From a virus, in the IMG/VR virus record IMGVR_UViG_3300025816_000006, positions 98,691 through 162,690 of that record: DNA of 64,000 nucleotides, one strand, 5' to 3'. Made by a program: the position numbers and the translations under genes. Under the pieces are notes generated by a model, which had not been told where the DNA came from, made no database searches, and worked only from the letters and a program-made list of their open reading frames with translations. Below, in pieces: positions 28,701 to 38,452 of this stretch (within the stretch, counting starts at the first letter, position 1; each line of letters begins with the position of its first letter).

Positions 28701-30877
28701 TTTCCTCCTGCGCAGGCAAGCTCCTGCTCTGGTTGAACATTGTTAGTTTCCTCGATAACATTTGTAAAATCTACATCTTTATATTCACGATTCATGTCAA
28801 CCCACTCTTTCCAGTTGTATACATCTTTCATGCAGTAGGTTAATTGTCTCAAGTCTCCATTGAAATATTTACCGGCAAATTTCTTGCATCGGTCTTTCCA
28901 AGCTTTTTTTCCATTACCTTTGATCTTTTCACCTACGCCAAGCAAGCTATCACATGCGGTCCATAGATTGTCTTCCCAAAGCGTAAGGGCGACTTCGATC
29001 AGACCGCTAACAAACAAAGATGCGTCACCGTAGTGTGCAACTTGTTCGCTTGGCAGATATACGGTAGTAAAAGGGGCTTGAGGATAGTCTTTATCTCCAG
29101 AAATAGGAAGTAAAGAAATGCCACAGAAATATTTTCTATTCTTATAAATATACTTTTCTACTTCTTGCCATTCGTCTGGCTTAACATTGATAGTATTACT
29201 TACATTATGAACAAGCCAAGGTTGTGTACATAGTTCTTTATTAGTACCGTTAATTACCCAGTTTTGCTGTGTAGACTTTACATAGTCCAACAACTGAATA
29301 GCATCTACTGCATTTTTAGTTTTACTTCCGTCTGGAACTTCTACGCAAAAACCAACAACGTCATCGCTATCATTATTACTCCAAACGCTTTCTTCACATG
29401 CTCTAGGGTTAATTTCTTTCATGTAATTATAGATAGGTTCCATCTTATTTGCCTGTACTCGCCTAATGTAGCGTTTGGCGTGATGTGGATGGATGCCGCT
29501 AGATGTACCAAGGATGCAGCTAGAAGTACCTTCTGGTTTGATACAGGTAGTGCGAGCGGCTTGATTGACACCGATCATTTCTGCAATCTTTTTGTTTGTT
29601 TTCTTTACAATAGTAGCGCCACGCTTTTGTGCAGTTGCGTCTAAGCAAATTTGATGCTGCTCCATTATACCCGTCATACTTACACCAAGCAAAGCTTCTC
29701 TGGAGATAATTCTTTCTGACGCCTTGCCCAGATATTCAAACTCCGAAAAACCCGCCTGTAGAGTGCCTATGATGGTGGCGGCACGACAGGCATCAAAAAA
29801 GTCTTGTTCTGTTTTAATTTTTGCACAGTTGATTGTACTAAGATTACAAGCCTGCCATCCTGACTCTTTTGTTTTTTCGCACACAGGCCACATACCAATC
29901 TCAACGCAGGGATTGACTAGCAACTCTGTACTGTCTGACCAAACAAATCCCGGTTCTCCAAACTCTTTGACAGATTTCATTAATTCTGCGAATTGCTCTT
30001 TGCTCGTTTCGTCCCTGAGTAGAAGCGCCGAGTTATTGGATCTTCCTCTTTGTGGGTTGTCGATGAACCAAGTTCCTGTTTTAGCGGTCGCCATCTCAGT
30101 GTCGTCAGGGCTAAATACGCAAATGGTAGCACTACGGCGGACCCCGCCAGAAATAACAGCGTCAGCGGTATGCATAACAATGTCATAAGCTTGGATGGGT
30201 GAGAGTTTTGTTTGTCCATCTTTCAATGCCTTGTCTAAAATTTTTCTAATGTTTGTAAGTGCTTTTTTAAGCGGCTCTGGTCCCGGTGCTTTGCCTCCAC
30301 TAGATTTAAGGTATGCTCCAGCAGGGCGAATCTCGCTATAGTCGAAGTTTACATTCTTGCCAGAATATTCTACAAACAACTCTTCATCAGCAAATTGATT
30401 AAAATAACTTGATACGAGGACTCCGACAGCATCACTCCACCCCTCAATCGTGTCAGGTATGACATATTTTTTACTTCCTTCTTTTTTAGGTAGTAATTCT
30501 GGTAGTTTGTCTATGTGGTGTTTTTGTACACTAAACCCTGTTCCACAGCCGCACAGAAGAAGATACATACATTCTTGAAAGAATCTTGTTCTGTCACAGA
30601 AAGATACAATGCAATTATACATTCTTGCATTGTGTTTAAAGATTGGCTTGCCGCCAAATTGTAGAGCGCGCTGACTACCAAGCACTCTCTTTTTACGCAT
30701 TTGTTCGTATGCCCATTCTACTTCTGGTAATACTTCTGGTTTGTCTGCGTATTTCTCAAGCATCATTTGCTTGACTCTATCTACAGCCTCGTTCCAAGTT
30801 TCTCTTCTTTTCTTTTCCGGTATCCATCGTGCATATTTGCTAACAAAAGTATAATCCATAAGGGACTTCAATGACAT
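28688..30877 (-). CDS. nrdJ: class II (B12-dependent) ribonucleotide reductase
   Basis: GGVRRSA, NPCVEI, CNL, KPEGT, C-terminal ACAGGKCEI; no beta-subunit gene in window. Confidence 0.88.
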   Translation of the reverse strand: MSLKSLMDYTFVSKYARWIPEKKRRETWNEAVDRVKQMMLEKYADKPEVLPEVEWAYEQMRKKRVLGSQRALQFGGKPIFKHNARMYNCIVSFCDRTRFFQECMYLLLCGCGTGFSVQKHHIDKLPELLPKKEGSKKYVIPDTIEGWSDAVGVLVSSYFNQFADEELFVEYSGKNVNFDYSEIRPAGAYLKSSGGKAPGPEPLKKALTNIRKILDKALKDGQTKLSPIQAYDIVMHTADAVISGGVRRSATICVFSPDDTEMATAKTGTWFIDNPQRGRSNNSALLLRDETSKEQFAELMKSVKEFGEPGFVWSDSTELLVNPCVEIGMWPVCEKTKESGWQACNLSTINCAKIKTEQDFFDACRAATIIGTLQAGFSEFEYLGKASERIISREALLGVSMTGIMEQHQICLDATAQKRGATIVKKTNKKIAEMIGVNQAARTTCIKPEGTSSCILGTSSGIHPHHAKRYIRRVQANKMEPIYNYMKEINPRACEESVWSNNDSDDVVGFCVEVPDGSKTKNAVDAIQLLDYVKSTQQNWVINGTNKELCTQPWLVHNVSNTINVKPDEWQEVEKYIYKNRKYFCGISLLPISGDKDYPQAPFTTVYLPSEQVAHYGDASLFVSGLIEVALTLWEDNLWTACDSLLGVGEKIKGNGKKAWKDRCKKFAGKYFNGDLRQLTYCMKDVYNWKEWVDMNREYKDVDFTNVIEETNNVQPEQELACAGGKCEI

Positions 30878-30918
30878 TAATTTGTTCCTCTGTATATTAA
30901 ATGTTTAGTAGATAGTAT

Positions 30919-30947
30919 ATTATAGATTGAGAACTGTAAAAAATCAA
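30919..30947 (-). promoter_or_regulatory. sigma70-type promoter TTGATT-N17-TATAAT
   Basis: Upstream of nrdJ. Confidence 0.6.
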
Positions 30948-30959
30948 GCACAATTTGTG

Positions 30960-31265
30960 TTACTGTCTCATTAATTTTGTGATGTAATTTTCTACAACCC
31001 ACTCTATAATTAACTTCACGATAAGGCTAACTAGCATAGTGACAAGAGGGTTTCCTGCTATCTCTTCCTTTAGGTTTTCTTTTATATATTTTTTACATGC
31101 TTTTTTTGCTTGCGACTTTGTAAAGTCTTGAATCGCATCGCCCCTTACTGTTGCCCATTCGTCTGCGAGCAGCAGACAAGACTCGGCTATTCTTTTGTTT
31201 CTACTTCTTCCTTTAAACTTTTTTTCAATATCTAAACCTACTGTAGTTTTAATTTCACTGTTCAT
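30960..31265 (-). CDS. hypothetical protein with C-terminal hydrophobic helix
   Basis: PLVTMLVSLIVKLIIEWVV. Confidence 0.55.
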   Translation of the reverse strand: MNSEIKTTVGLDIEKKFKGRSRNKRIAESCLLLADEWATVRGDAIQDFTKSQAKKACKKYIKENLKEEIAGNPLVTMLVSLIVKLIIEWVVENYITKLMRQ

Positions 31266-31542
31266 TTTCTAACCACTCGTATTTAAAAGGTATATTAGGG
31301 AAGTAATCCAGTTTAAGTATCCCGCCGTCTTCCCTTAGCTCGATACCTTCTACGGTTAATTTAAGTCTTATTATCTTTTTTATTGTTACCGTTGGTTGAT
31401 TTTCCTGAAAGTCTATAACGATAGACTCGTCATTCTTATATATGTCTATAGAGGTTTCACTCTGAACCTTCAGGGTAAAGTCTAAGATTTTTAGACCGTC
31501 TTCGGAAAAGATAGAAGACATCGCTTGGTATGGATTCACCAT
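31255..31542 (-). CDS. hypothetical protein
   Basis: Coupled ORF. Confidence 0.5.
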   Translation of the reverse strand: MVNPYQAMSSIFSEDGLKILDFTLKVQSETSIDIYKNDESIVIDFQENQPTVTIKKIIRLKLTVEGIELREDGGILKLDYFPNIPFKYEWLENEQ

Positions 31543-32270
31543 TGGTTATACATACGTCCTACAGTTTCAGCAGACTGATAACCAGTTTTATGGGATTTAT
31601 ATTTACCGTTTACCATTAGAACAAACTCAGGCACTACCCTAGTTTGTTTATTAAACATTAGCTGTTTGTTAGATGGTTTGTCGATGTCTACAATCCTTAT
31701 CATGGCCTCTGGCTCTTCTGAAATCTTCCACTTAGGGTTGGTTTTAAATCTTGCCAACTCTTTTTGTTTCCAACTCTGGCAGGGTCCACACCAACTTGCT
31801 GTAAAAAATAATATTTGTTTTTTCTTAGATTTATTTAAACCATCTTGTTGATCTATTCCAGACTCTTTGCGTTCTTGTTCTCTGACTACCTGAGAAACCA
31901 CAAGAGGGGGCGTCTGTTCTTTTTTTTTTAGATCCCCCACTTGCGGTATTTGTTTAACTTCCTGTTGGGTTACGGGTTTGGCGGGTCTACACTGACAGCC
32001 CTCTGGACTCTCTGAGCAGGGACATGGCGTTTTATGACCATCTCCGTGGATAAGTTCTTTCGTGCCGTTACATTCGCATTCATTTTGAACATCACCTCCC
32101 TCCGTGTCAAACGATTTCTCGTTGACAATAAAAGCTACAAAACCTTCTGACCTTGCCTTATCAATACTAAATTCTGTTGGTAGTGCTGAATTTCCAGCAC
32201 CAACAAAAATAGACAAAGCAAACACTATTAAGACTACTACAGTAGTAGTGCTTAGTTGTAAGTTTTTCAT
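31536..32270 (-). CDS. exported thioredoxin-domain protein with Cys-rich linker
   Basis: N-terminal signal/TM; CECNG...GDGH..PCPC..CQC; FTASWCGPC. Confidence 0.8.
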   Translation of the reverse strand: MKNLQLSTTTVVVLIVFALSIFVGAGNSALPTEFSIDKARSEGFVAFIVNEKSFDTEGGDVQNECECNGTKELIHGDGHKTPCPCSESPEGCQCRPAKPVTQQEVKQIPQVGDLKKKEQTPPLVVSQVVREQERKESGIDQQDGLNKSKKKQILFFTASWCGPCQSWKQKELARFKTNPKWKISEEPEAMIRIVDIDKPSNKQLMFNKQTRVVPEFVLMVNGKYKSHKTGYQSAETVGRMYNQW

Positions 32271-33175
32271 ATTATTCTCGTATTTAGTTCGCGGGGTTTA
32301 AAACCTTCATATCCACTAAACGCCCAAGAGTCACCTTTCTTGAGAATACGTCTTTCTATTTCGTCTGCGTCAACCCAGAATGATCCATCTGGCTGATCGT
32401 TTCTTTTTGGTCCACCATTCCAAGTACCCCAAGAGTTTTGAACAAGCACTCCGGGACGTTTGTACTCGTCGTCTACGCCCAATATAGACATTTGATGCGC
32501 CCAACTACCTTTTGGCGAAGCGAATCCTTCGCTATCTCTTCTAGAGCTAAACCCTTGACTGCTTGCTATTGTAACGGCATATCCGTTAGAAATCAAGTCT
32601 CTAACTTCTTCGTATGTAGTTACTTTTGAGACGGTTAATATAGGGTGTTGTTTCGCTTTTGGTATTAAAGATTTAGGAACCCCTGCGCCCCCTCTTCCCC
32701 AACTTCTTGCTTTTGAGCCACTATAAGTTGTTAGGTCTACGTTTCCGTATTTACCTCTTGGTAGCGCTCCGTACTCGTTTACATATCTTGCCGCCCAAGC
32801 GCCAATAGATCCGTCTCCACGTATTCTACCTTTGCCTATCTGAACGCGACTTCCTGCATAAATATCTTCTGTTGCAGTTTCCGCTACCCATTCTTCAAAT
32901 TCTTTATTTAGAATTATGTCTACAGATTTAACAGCATCTACAGCATAAGCCGCCCCTTGAGCAACGCAGTCGCCAACGGTTTGTTTTCTTTTTGGAAATT
33001 TGCCGCCAGAAGCTTGCTTGATATAGTCGTAGAGTAAAACTTTCTTCCCTTTACCTGAACCCTTTATGGGAGTCCAAACATCTTGAAATACGGGAAATGG
33101 TAAGTCGTTCATTACCGCCTCTACCGCTGCCGGATCATCAACCCAGCCGTCATTACCGCCAAGAAATTCACTCAT
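32267..33175 (-). CDS. papain-like (C1) cysteine peptidase
   Basis: QTVGDCVAQG (Gln/Cys), WAHQM (His), QNSWG (Asn). Confidence 0.8.
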   Translation of the reverse strand: MSEFLGGNDGWVDDPAAVEAVMNDLPFPVFQDVWTPIKGSGKGKKVLLYDYIKQASGGKFPKRKQTVGDCVAQGAAYAVDAVKSVDIILNKEFEEWVAETATEDIYAGSRVQIGKGRIRGDGSIGAWAARYVNEYGALPRGKYGNVDLTTYSGSKARSWGRGGAGVPKSLIPKAKQHPILTVSKVTTYEEVRDLISNGYAVTIASSQGFSSRRDSEGFASPKGSWAHQMSILGVDDEYKRPGVLVQNSWGTWNGGPKRNDQPDGSFWVDADEIERRILKKGDSWAFSGYEGFKPRELNTRII

Positions 33176-33590
33176 ATTTAGTTGCCTCTGCTAAAGACTT
33201 AAATATATTGGCGAAGTCTTTTCTTTGTTGGTCTGTAGTCAGCGGTTTTGGCTGATTGTAACCAACGGAAACAAGATATTCTGAAACGGCATCAGTAAAC
33301 GCTGGGTACTTTTCTCTATTCCAACCGTATGACGATTGAACTCTACCAAGAATGGGATCAAACTGCTGTGTTGCTTGTAAAGACTTGCAGTTGTTTAAAT
33401 ATTCAGCAGAGCCAGCAAAAAGTTTGTAAATAGTTAGCTTATCTTCTTTAGATTCTATGGAAGAGAAAGCTTGAGATACATTACCTATAGCGGAATCGTT
33501 CGCTACAACCTGTGGGGTTGCGGCTGTATAGTTTTCATAGCCCGCAACGCCCACAAGTATCGCTACAATTAAGATTGCTTTACTTTTCAT
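33168..33590 (-). CDS. exported hypothetical protein
   Basis: N-terminal signal peptide/TM. Confidence 0.6.
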   Translation of the reverse strand: MKSKAILIVAILVGVAGYENYTAATPQVVANDSAIGNVSQAFSSIESKEDKLTIYKLFAGSAEYLNNCKSLQATQQFDPILGRVQSSYGWNREKYPAFTDAVSEYLVSVGYNQPKPLTTDQQRKDFANIFKSLAEATKYE

Positions 33591-33927
33591 CTAATTCTCC
33601 AGAAAATATTAGTGTATTTAACTTTACAACTAAATCAAAAGCTTCTTCTGACTCTATTTCTTTTGCTCTATCTTTTAAGTAGTTTAAAGCTTTAAAGTCT
33701 TCGTAGTCCTTGTTGTTTTCTGCTTCCTCGTCTTCTGAGTCTTGTTCTGGAAGTTCAAAGTTTAGAACAAGGTTTAGAATCTTTGGACCCAGTATAACCA
33801 GTGCGCCCACCCCAGCAACGGCAACCTGAATCATAGCCTGAGAGGTTAAGCCGTCAGAAAAAAACTGCTTAAAGATTAAAAGACCGAACGACCAACACAA
33901 AAGAGCCACACCTATTAGTAAATCCAT
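33580..33927 (-). CDS. two-TM membrane protein
   Basis: Two hydrophobic segments followed by acidic tail. Confidence 0.6.
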   Translation of the reverse strand: MDLLIGVALLCWSFGLLIFKQFFSDGLTSQAMIQVAVAGVGALVILGPKILNLVLNFELPEQDSEDEEAENNKDYEDFKALNYLKDRAKEIESEEAFDLVVKLNTLIFSGELDEK

Positions 33928-33928
33928 T

Positions 33929-34168
33929 TTACTCTCCTTCTGGTGAGTCGGGTTTTACTTCTTCTTTTGAGTTATCTTTTGCCCATTTAACAATCGTGTC
34001 TAATACCAAGGTGACGATTGGAATAACTAGCGCTGTGTACGTTCCTAAGTCAATAATATGAAGATTATTCATAATATATGTGATAAACGCCGCCACTGCA
34101 ACAAGTAGCCCGTTTTTCAAAACATTCATCAAATCGCCAGTGTTTATCTTAAATTTGTCCGAACCCAT
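33929..34168 (-). CDS. holin-like two-TM protein
   Basis: 79 aa, two TM helices, charged C-terminus. Confidence 0.45.
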   Translation of the reverse strand: MGSDKFKINTGDLMNVLKNGLLVAVAAFITYIMNNLHIIDLGTYTALVIPIVTLVLDTIVKWAKDNSKEEVKPDSPEGE

Positions 34169-34169
34169 T

Positions 34170-34736
34170 TCATTCTCCTTCTAAGTAAATTAAAAAACCA
34201 AAATTCTTGTTGTTGTCTCTGTATGGGAATCCTGTGTACTTTATCTTCTTTCCTTCCGTAGAAACAGTTTCAAATTTTAATTCTCTAAGTTTTTCTGAAC
34301 ATGATTCAAATTCTCTTAGGAAATTTTCTCTTTGAGGTTCGTCTATGTATGAAACCCAGTCTAATCCCTTTAAATTCTTTGTACCCATCACATTGTGGAA
34401 TTGTTCATTTGCCCACAATATGTTTCCACCTTCGTCTACTTCTAGTATTGCTTTCTCTATGTTATAAAATATTGCTTTGGATCTTTTGTCTAGCATGACT
34501 TGACGACGATCAATTCTGTTGACCGTATCTTTTATTGAAGATCCACCATTTGTTGTTAGTTCTTTTTTAATATCTTCTACAGAAGATACTAAAGTTTGTT
34601 GATTTTTATACAGTCTTATGGTTGGTTTTATTATGTATTTCCAGCCCCAAGCCAAGCTTGCGCAGAGTCCTCCCGCCAGCGATAATACTATTCCTACTAT
34701 CTCTAAACTCATACCAAAATTCATTTGTATCTCCAA
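34170..34736 (-). CDS. membrane-anchored PAS-domain protein
   Basis: TM, coiled segment with NGGSSIKD, then AILEVDEGGNILWANEQF...GLDWVSYIDEPQRE. Confidence 0.7.
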   Translation of the reverse strand: MEIQMNFGMSLEIVGIVLSLAGGLCASLAWGWKYIIKPTIRLYKNQQTLVSSVEDIKKELTTNGGSSIKDTVNRIDRRQVMLDKRSKAIFYNIEKAILEVDEGGNILWANEQFHNVMGTKNLKGLDWVSYIDEPQRENFLREFESCSEKLRELKFETVSTEGKKIKYTGFPYRDNNKNFGFLIYLEGE

Positions 34737-34764
34737 GAAAATACCCCTCCCCGAAAGGAGGGGC
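34735..34764 (-). terminator. rho-independent terminator
   Basis: GCCCCTCCT-TTCG-GGGAGGGGT then ATTTTCTT. Confidence 0.75.
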
Positions 34765-34792
34765 GTTTATGCTGCTTAATAAAGATTAAGTA

Positions 34793-35527
34793 TTAAGCTT
34801 CACGTAAATTCTTGGCTTTGTACTCATCAGTTGTTGGAGCAGCAAGTGCGCCAAAGTGGTAAGTAAGTTCACCGGGAACTGCCTTACTAGGAGCAATCTC
34901 AGCCTTCTCAGCAGCACTACCGTCAGCAGGATTGACCATAGTAGATGCATTACCTGCATTGCTACCTTTGGTGCGACCCGGAACGATATTTGTGCTAGGC
35001 ACAGCGTAGATGTCAAATGCTTCGTCTGCTTTAGATCCAATAAGTCTGTCAGTAGTTTTGGTTCTACCAACCTTAGTCGCAACATCATTAGATCCACCAT
35101 CAGAGTTAACAATCTCTCTAGCTGGACTGGCGAGACGAGTGTTTGCGCTTCCTGCAAGAGTGGTCGTTACGTTTCCACCCTGCATAACCCACTGGGTTGC
35201 GCTAGCGTTGAAACCCAAGACTGCGCCGTCAGCGACATTTGCTGCAATAGCTCCAGAAACACCAACTCTATCCGTTGTCGCAGCGCCAGTACCAGCGTTT
35301 GCTACAACTTTAGAGCCAATTCTTCTTTCGCCAAGGTTATCAGCTAAAGTATTGATGGAAAGATCGTTAGTTACTGGGCTGTCTGAAGCCTTGTTTCCAG
35401 CTTTGATGATTGTACCACCATCAACGACAGCGCCGGATACTGTGTTGGTAATGTCATAACCAGCAGCAAAAGTTGCGCCTTTTGTACCAGCCAAAAAAGC
35501 AGAGCCGTACCTTGAAGGTAATGCCAT
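34793..35527 (-). CDS. Ala/Gly/Thr-rich putative virion protein
   Basis: Composition; own GTGTATAATA upstream motif and terminator. Confidence 0.5.
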   Translation of the reverse strand: MALPSRYGSAFLAGTKGATFAAGYDITNTVSGAVVDGGTIIKAGNKASDSPVTNDLSINTLADNLGERRIGSKVVANAGTGAATTDRVGVSGAIAANVADGAVLGFNASATQWVMQGGNVTTTLAGSANTRLASPAREIVNSDGGSNDVATKVGRTKTTDRLIGSKADEAFDIYAVPSTNIVPGRTKGSNAGNASTMVNPADGSAAEKAEIAPSKAVPGELTYHFGALAAPTTDEYKAKNLREA

Positions 35528-35598
35528 ATCTAAACTCCTTAGAGTTAAATTTTATTTTCCTGTGTATCCCGTAAAATGTTATTCCTATTTCCTTATTA

Positions 35599-36081
35599 TT
35601 ATACACCAGAATACAATCTGGATTTTATAATTTTAAGATTTTTTTTGATTCTTAGTCTCACCGCTTCCTTTGTGATAGATTTCTCTTTTGCTATCTCGCT
35701 TAGGGTTTTGTTTTCGTAGAATCTTCCGTACATAATGTCGGGATCTTTGCAGTTTTTTATTTCGTCCATTATATCTATGTTACTTGTGTAACCGCTTTTG
35801 TCTTCTATTAAATTAAATCCGCTATAATTGATAACTTTTAACTTTTTATTCTTGCCGTTATTATTTTTTATTTGCTTTGTACACTCTATTACTACTCCTT
35901 TATACAAAAATGTGGTTAATTTTGTATTTTTTTCTGGATTAAAGGACTTAACCGAGTTCCAAGCGGCATTTGTGATACAGCAATTTATCTCATCTTGAGA
36001 AAGAACTCCAGAGAAAGGTATTGATGCCTTTTTTGCAACATTAAGACAGTCCGAATCACTCAATATATCTTCAATTTTCAT
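35599..36081 (-). CDS. sigma70-like factor (regions 2 and 4)
   Basis: SFNPEKNTKLTTFLY; KTLSEIAKEKSITKEAVRLRIKK. Confidence 0.75.
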   Translation of the reverse strand: MKIEDILSDSDCLNVAKKASIPFSGVLSQDEINCCITNAAWNSVKSFNPEKNTKLTTFLYKGVVIECTKQIKNNNGKNKKLKVINYSGFNLIEDKSGYTSNIDIMDEIKNCKDPDIMYGRFYENKTLSEIAKEKSITKEAVRLRIKKNLKIIKSRLYSGV

Positions 36082-36088
36082 AATTTCC

Positions 36089-36535
36089 TCAATTAATAAT
36101 TTCTTCTATTCTTTTTCTTACATCCTTGAAGTCAAACATCTGCCCAACTCCGACAAAAAAACGATACCTACTGCAAATTTTTAGAACCTCCACTCCTTCC
36201 ACTTCTTCAAACTCTTTCTTTATCATGGGTGTGACGTTAAAATTTGTATGTCCTAGCCAGCAGTCATAGTTTGTGACAAGAGAAACCTGTTCGTAAAACG
36301 AGTTTGGAACTGGTACTGCCAATATCTCTTGCGATTCTAGCGCCTGTTCTAATTCTTCTTGGTATACCTCGTCTTCTTCCGTTTCTAGGTTTAGGTCTAG
36401 GTCTAAGTTCGCTGACATCATTAGAGAAGCTAAAGGTGAAGAAATCTGTTTCTTTATCATGTCTTCGTATTTTTGCCAGCCTATTTTTTTTGACATATCA
36501 ACCTCCATTATATCATATCGGACGGGTTTATACAA
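36089..36535 (-). CDS. hypothetical protein
   Basis: ORF in operon. Confidence 0.55.
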   Translation of the reverse strand: MYKPVRYDIMEVDMSKKIGWQKYEDMIKKQISSPLASLMMSANLDLDLNLETEEDEVYQEELEQALESQEILAVPVPNSFYEQVSLVTNYDCWLGHTNFNVTPMIKKEFEEVEGVEVLKICSRYRFFVGVGQMFDFKDVRKRIEEIIN

Positions 36536-36876
36536 GGTTCTTCTGAGTAATCCGCTTCAATATCTTCTTCGTCAAATGTTATCATTCCTGCTGCTTTTTC
36601 TATTATTTTTACATATAAGTCTTGTTTTCCTGCTGATTCTAACTGAGTTTTAATTACGGATGTTACTTGAAAAAATGAGCTTGGAGAATACATACAAATT
36701 AAAGAAGCTAGGCACTCTACTGTTTCGTCTGAATCGTCTATTATTCTTACGTCTACATATATCTGACCATCTTTTTCCACGTATATAGTAATTCCTGCTT
36801 TTACATCGCTCTTTTTAGAAAAAAGACTTTTTATTTTTTTAAACATCTTATCATCTCTCTTGCTGTATTTTGCCAA
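36508..36876 (-). CDS. hypothetical protein
   Basis: ORF in operon. Confidence 0.5.
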   Translation of the reverse strand: MAKYSKRDDKMFKKIKSLFSKKSDVKAGITIYVEKDGQIYVDVRIIDDSDETVECLASLICMYSPSSFFQVTSVIKTQLESAGKQDLYVKIIEKAAGMITFDEEDIEADYSEEPCINPSDMI

Positions 36877-37913
36877 GAGAATCTTTTAGCGGTTTCTATT
36901 CCTGCTAGATTTACAGTACCCTTCTTGTCAAGGATATATTTCATCATTTTCATGTACAGATCCATTTCTTCGTGCGCTCCAATCTTCGCCCAGTTACCCT
37001 GACCAAAGAACCATTTGTTGTCAAACGCTGGCTCTACGTCAGTTATCGACACAAGACCTGCGTTTTCTTTAGTACAAAATTCAGTGTGCGCTGAATAATC
37101 TGTTGCTACAACGTGCTTTCCTGCCGCCATCATCTCTAGTAATTCTAGATTCCAGCCTTCTCCGCGAGAAGGAAATACACCGCAATCTACTTGGGACATT
37201 ATATTATACACTTCTGCCTGTGTATCAGCCCTTGGAATTAGTTTGACTTTAGGGTGATTGTATAGCTGATGCCATTTTGCATCTTCTTCGGGCGAGTTGA
37301 ATGGATTTGTACACATCATCCACAATTCAGCATCTTCTCCGTGTTCAAGCACCTTTTTGAAGGCATTGATGAGAATATCGTGACCCTTGCGGATCTCCCA
37401 CTTGCCACAGTTGAAGAAAATCGTTTTGTCGTCCTGTCTTACTAGTGCTGGCGGGAACAGTTCTGCGTCTACGCCAAGGGGTACAACGTGAACTTTTGCG
37501 TCAGCATCTAAGTATGTATGACCATTGGGAGACATATACAACTGATCCAGACATACCTGTTTCGCCCACTGAGAGCAAACCATCAATTCGTCACAGGAAT
37601 TTAGATGATGCTTCTCCAATTCGTTAAAAGTATCCAACTCAAAGATAGGAAATCCAATAAATTTACCTGACCCTATGCGTTCTGCCATCTGGTTCTGATG
37701 CCATATTTTTACGCAGGGTGCTTGTGGGTCAAATGTCTGAGCTAATCTCATCCCTCTTCTAACCGCATAGGCATCTTCTTCGTTTGTTACTTGAGGTTGA
37801 CCAATAGGAAAGAATGAAACCTCTACCTCCTCTTCGTAAAGCGCTTTAAGGATATTCAAACCAGCAACGCCATATCCTAACTGATTGATTGGTGCTTGTA
37901 GATTTAATTTCAT
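36831..37913 (-). CDS. GT4 glycosyltransferase
   Basis: GKWEIRKG, PSRGEGWNLELLEMMAAG, FSW. Confidence 0.87.
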   Translation of the reverse strand: MKLNLQAPINQLGYGVAGLNILKALYEEEVEVSFFPIGQPQVTNEEDAYAVRRGMRLAQTFDPQAPCVKIWHQNQMAERIGSGKFIGFPIFELDTFNELEKHHLNSCDELMVCSQWAKQVCLDQLYMSPNGHTYLDADAKVHVVPLGVDAELFPPALVRQDDKTIFFNCGKWEIRKGHDILINAFKKVLEHGEDAELWMMCTNPFNSPEEDAKWHQLYNHPKVKLIPRADTQAEVYNIMSQVDCGVFPSRGEGWNLELLEMMAAGKHVVATDYSAHTEFCTKENAGLVSITDVEPAFDNKWFFGQGNWAKIGAHEEMDLYMKMMKYILDKKGTVNLAGIETAKRFSWQNTAREMIRCLKK

Positions 37914-38377
37914 CGCTTTCCATACTCCGTAATAAAATCTTGTACCGTTTTAATGTTAGGGGTTTTCTCAAAAATAGTCTGCGCTTCTGCTTTTGCTTTT
38001 CTTGCTGGCGTTCCAAGTCCAGTAAGCGCGTCTACACAATCTTTCATCAGATTATTATCAAACGCTGGCTTTTGTAATTCTGCTAACTGTTTTTTCAGTT
38101 TAGCAATCTCAACCTGTCTTTTAAGTTCTTTTAGTTCGTCTTTTTCTTCCACAACGATTTTAACTTCTTGAGGTTGTTCAATCACCTCATCGTCTGTTAT
38201 ATAACCTAGATCAAAATTATTGCTAAGTTGTAAAGGCTTTTCTGTCTTTGAAAGAAAACCTCCGATTGCGGATAAAGTAAATATTACAACTAATGATCCT
38301 AGTATTAACTGCGCTATTATATCTCTTGTTTGGTGATCTGAAAATAATTCTATATTTGTGTAGTCTGCTAATATCAT
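37910..38377 (-). CDS. membrane protein with RuvA C-terminal-like domain
   Basis: TM, coiled coil, then DCVDALTGLG...VQDFI. Confidence 0.45.
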   Translation of the reverse strand: MILADYTNIELFSDHQTRDIIAQLILGSLVVIFTLSAIGGFLSKTEKPLQLSNNFDLGYITDDEVIEQPQEVKIVVEEKDELKELKRQVEIAKLKKQLAELQKPAFDNNLMKDCVDALTGLGTPARKAKAEAQTIFEKTPNIKTVQDFITEYGKR

Positions 38378-38391
38378 TTTGATGCCTAGAT

Positions 38392-38427
38392 AAAAAGACC
38401 CCCGCCAAGAGCTTGCCTGACGGGGGT
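38392..38427 (-). terminator. rho-independent terminator
   Basis: ACCCCCGTCAGG...TTGGCGGGGGT-CTTTTT. Confidence 0.75.
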
Positions 38428-38452
38428 GTGGTTTGCCTTAGAGATTGATGGT

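Noticed and set aside
34786-35459. Overlapping alternative-frame and antisense ORFs on the putative virion gene
   Set aside because: Explained by codon bias of the main gene; no slippery site or RBS identified
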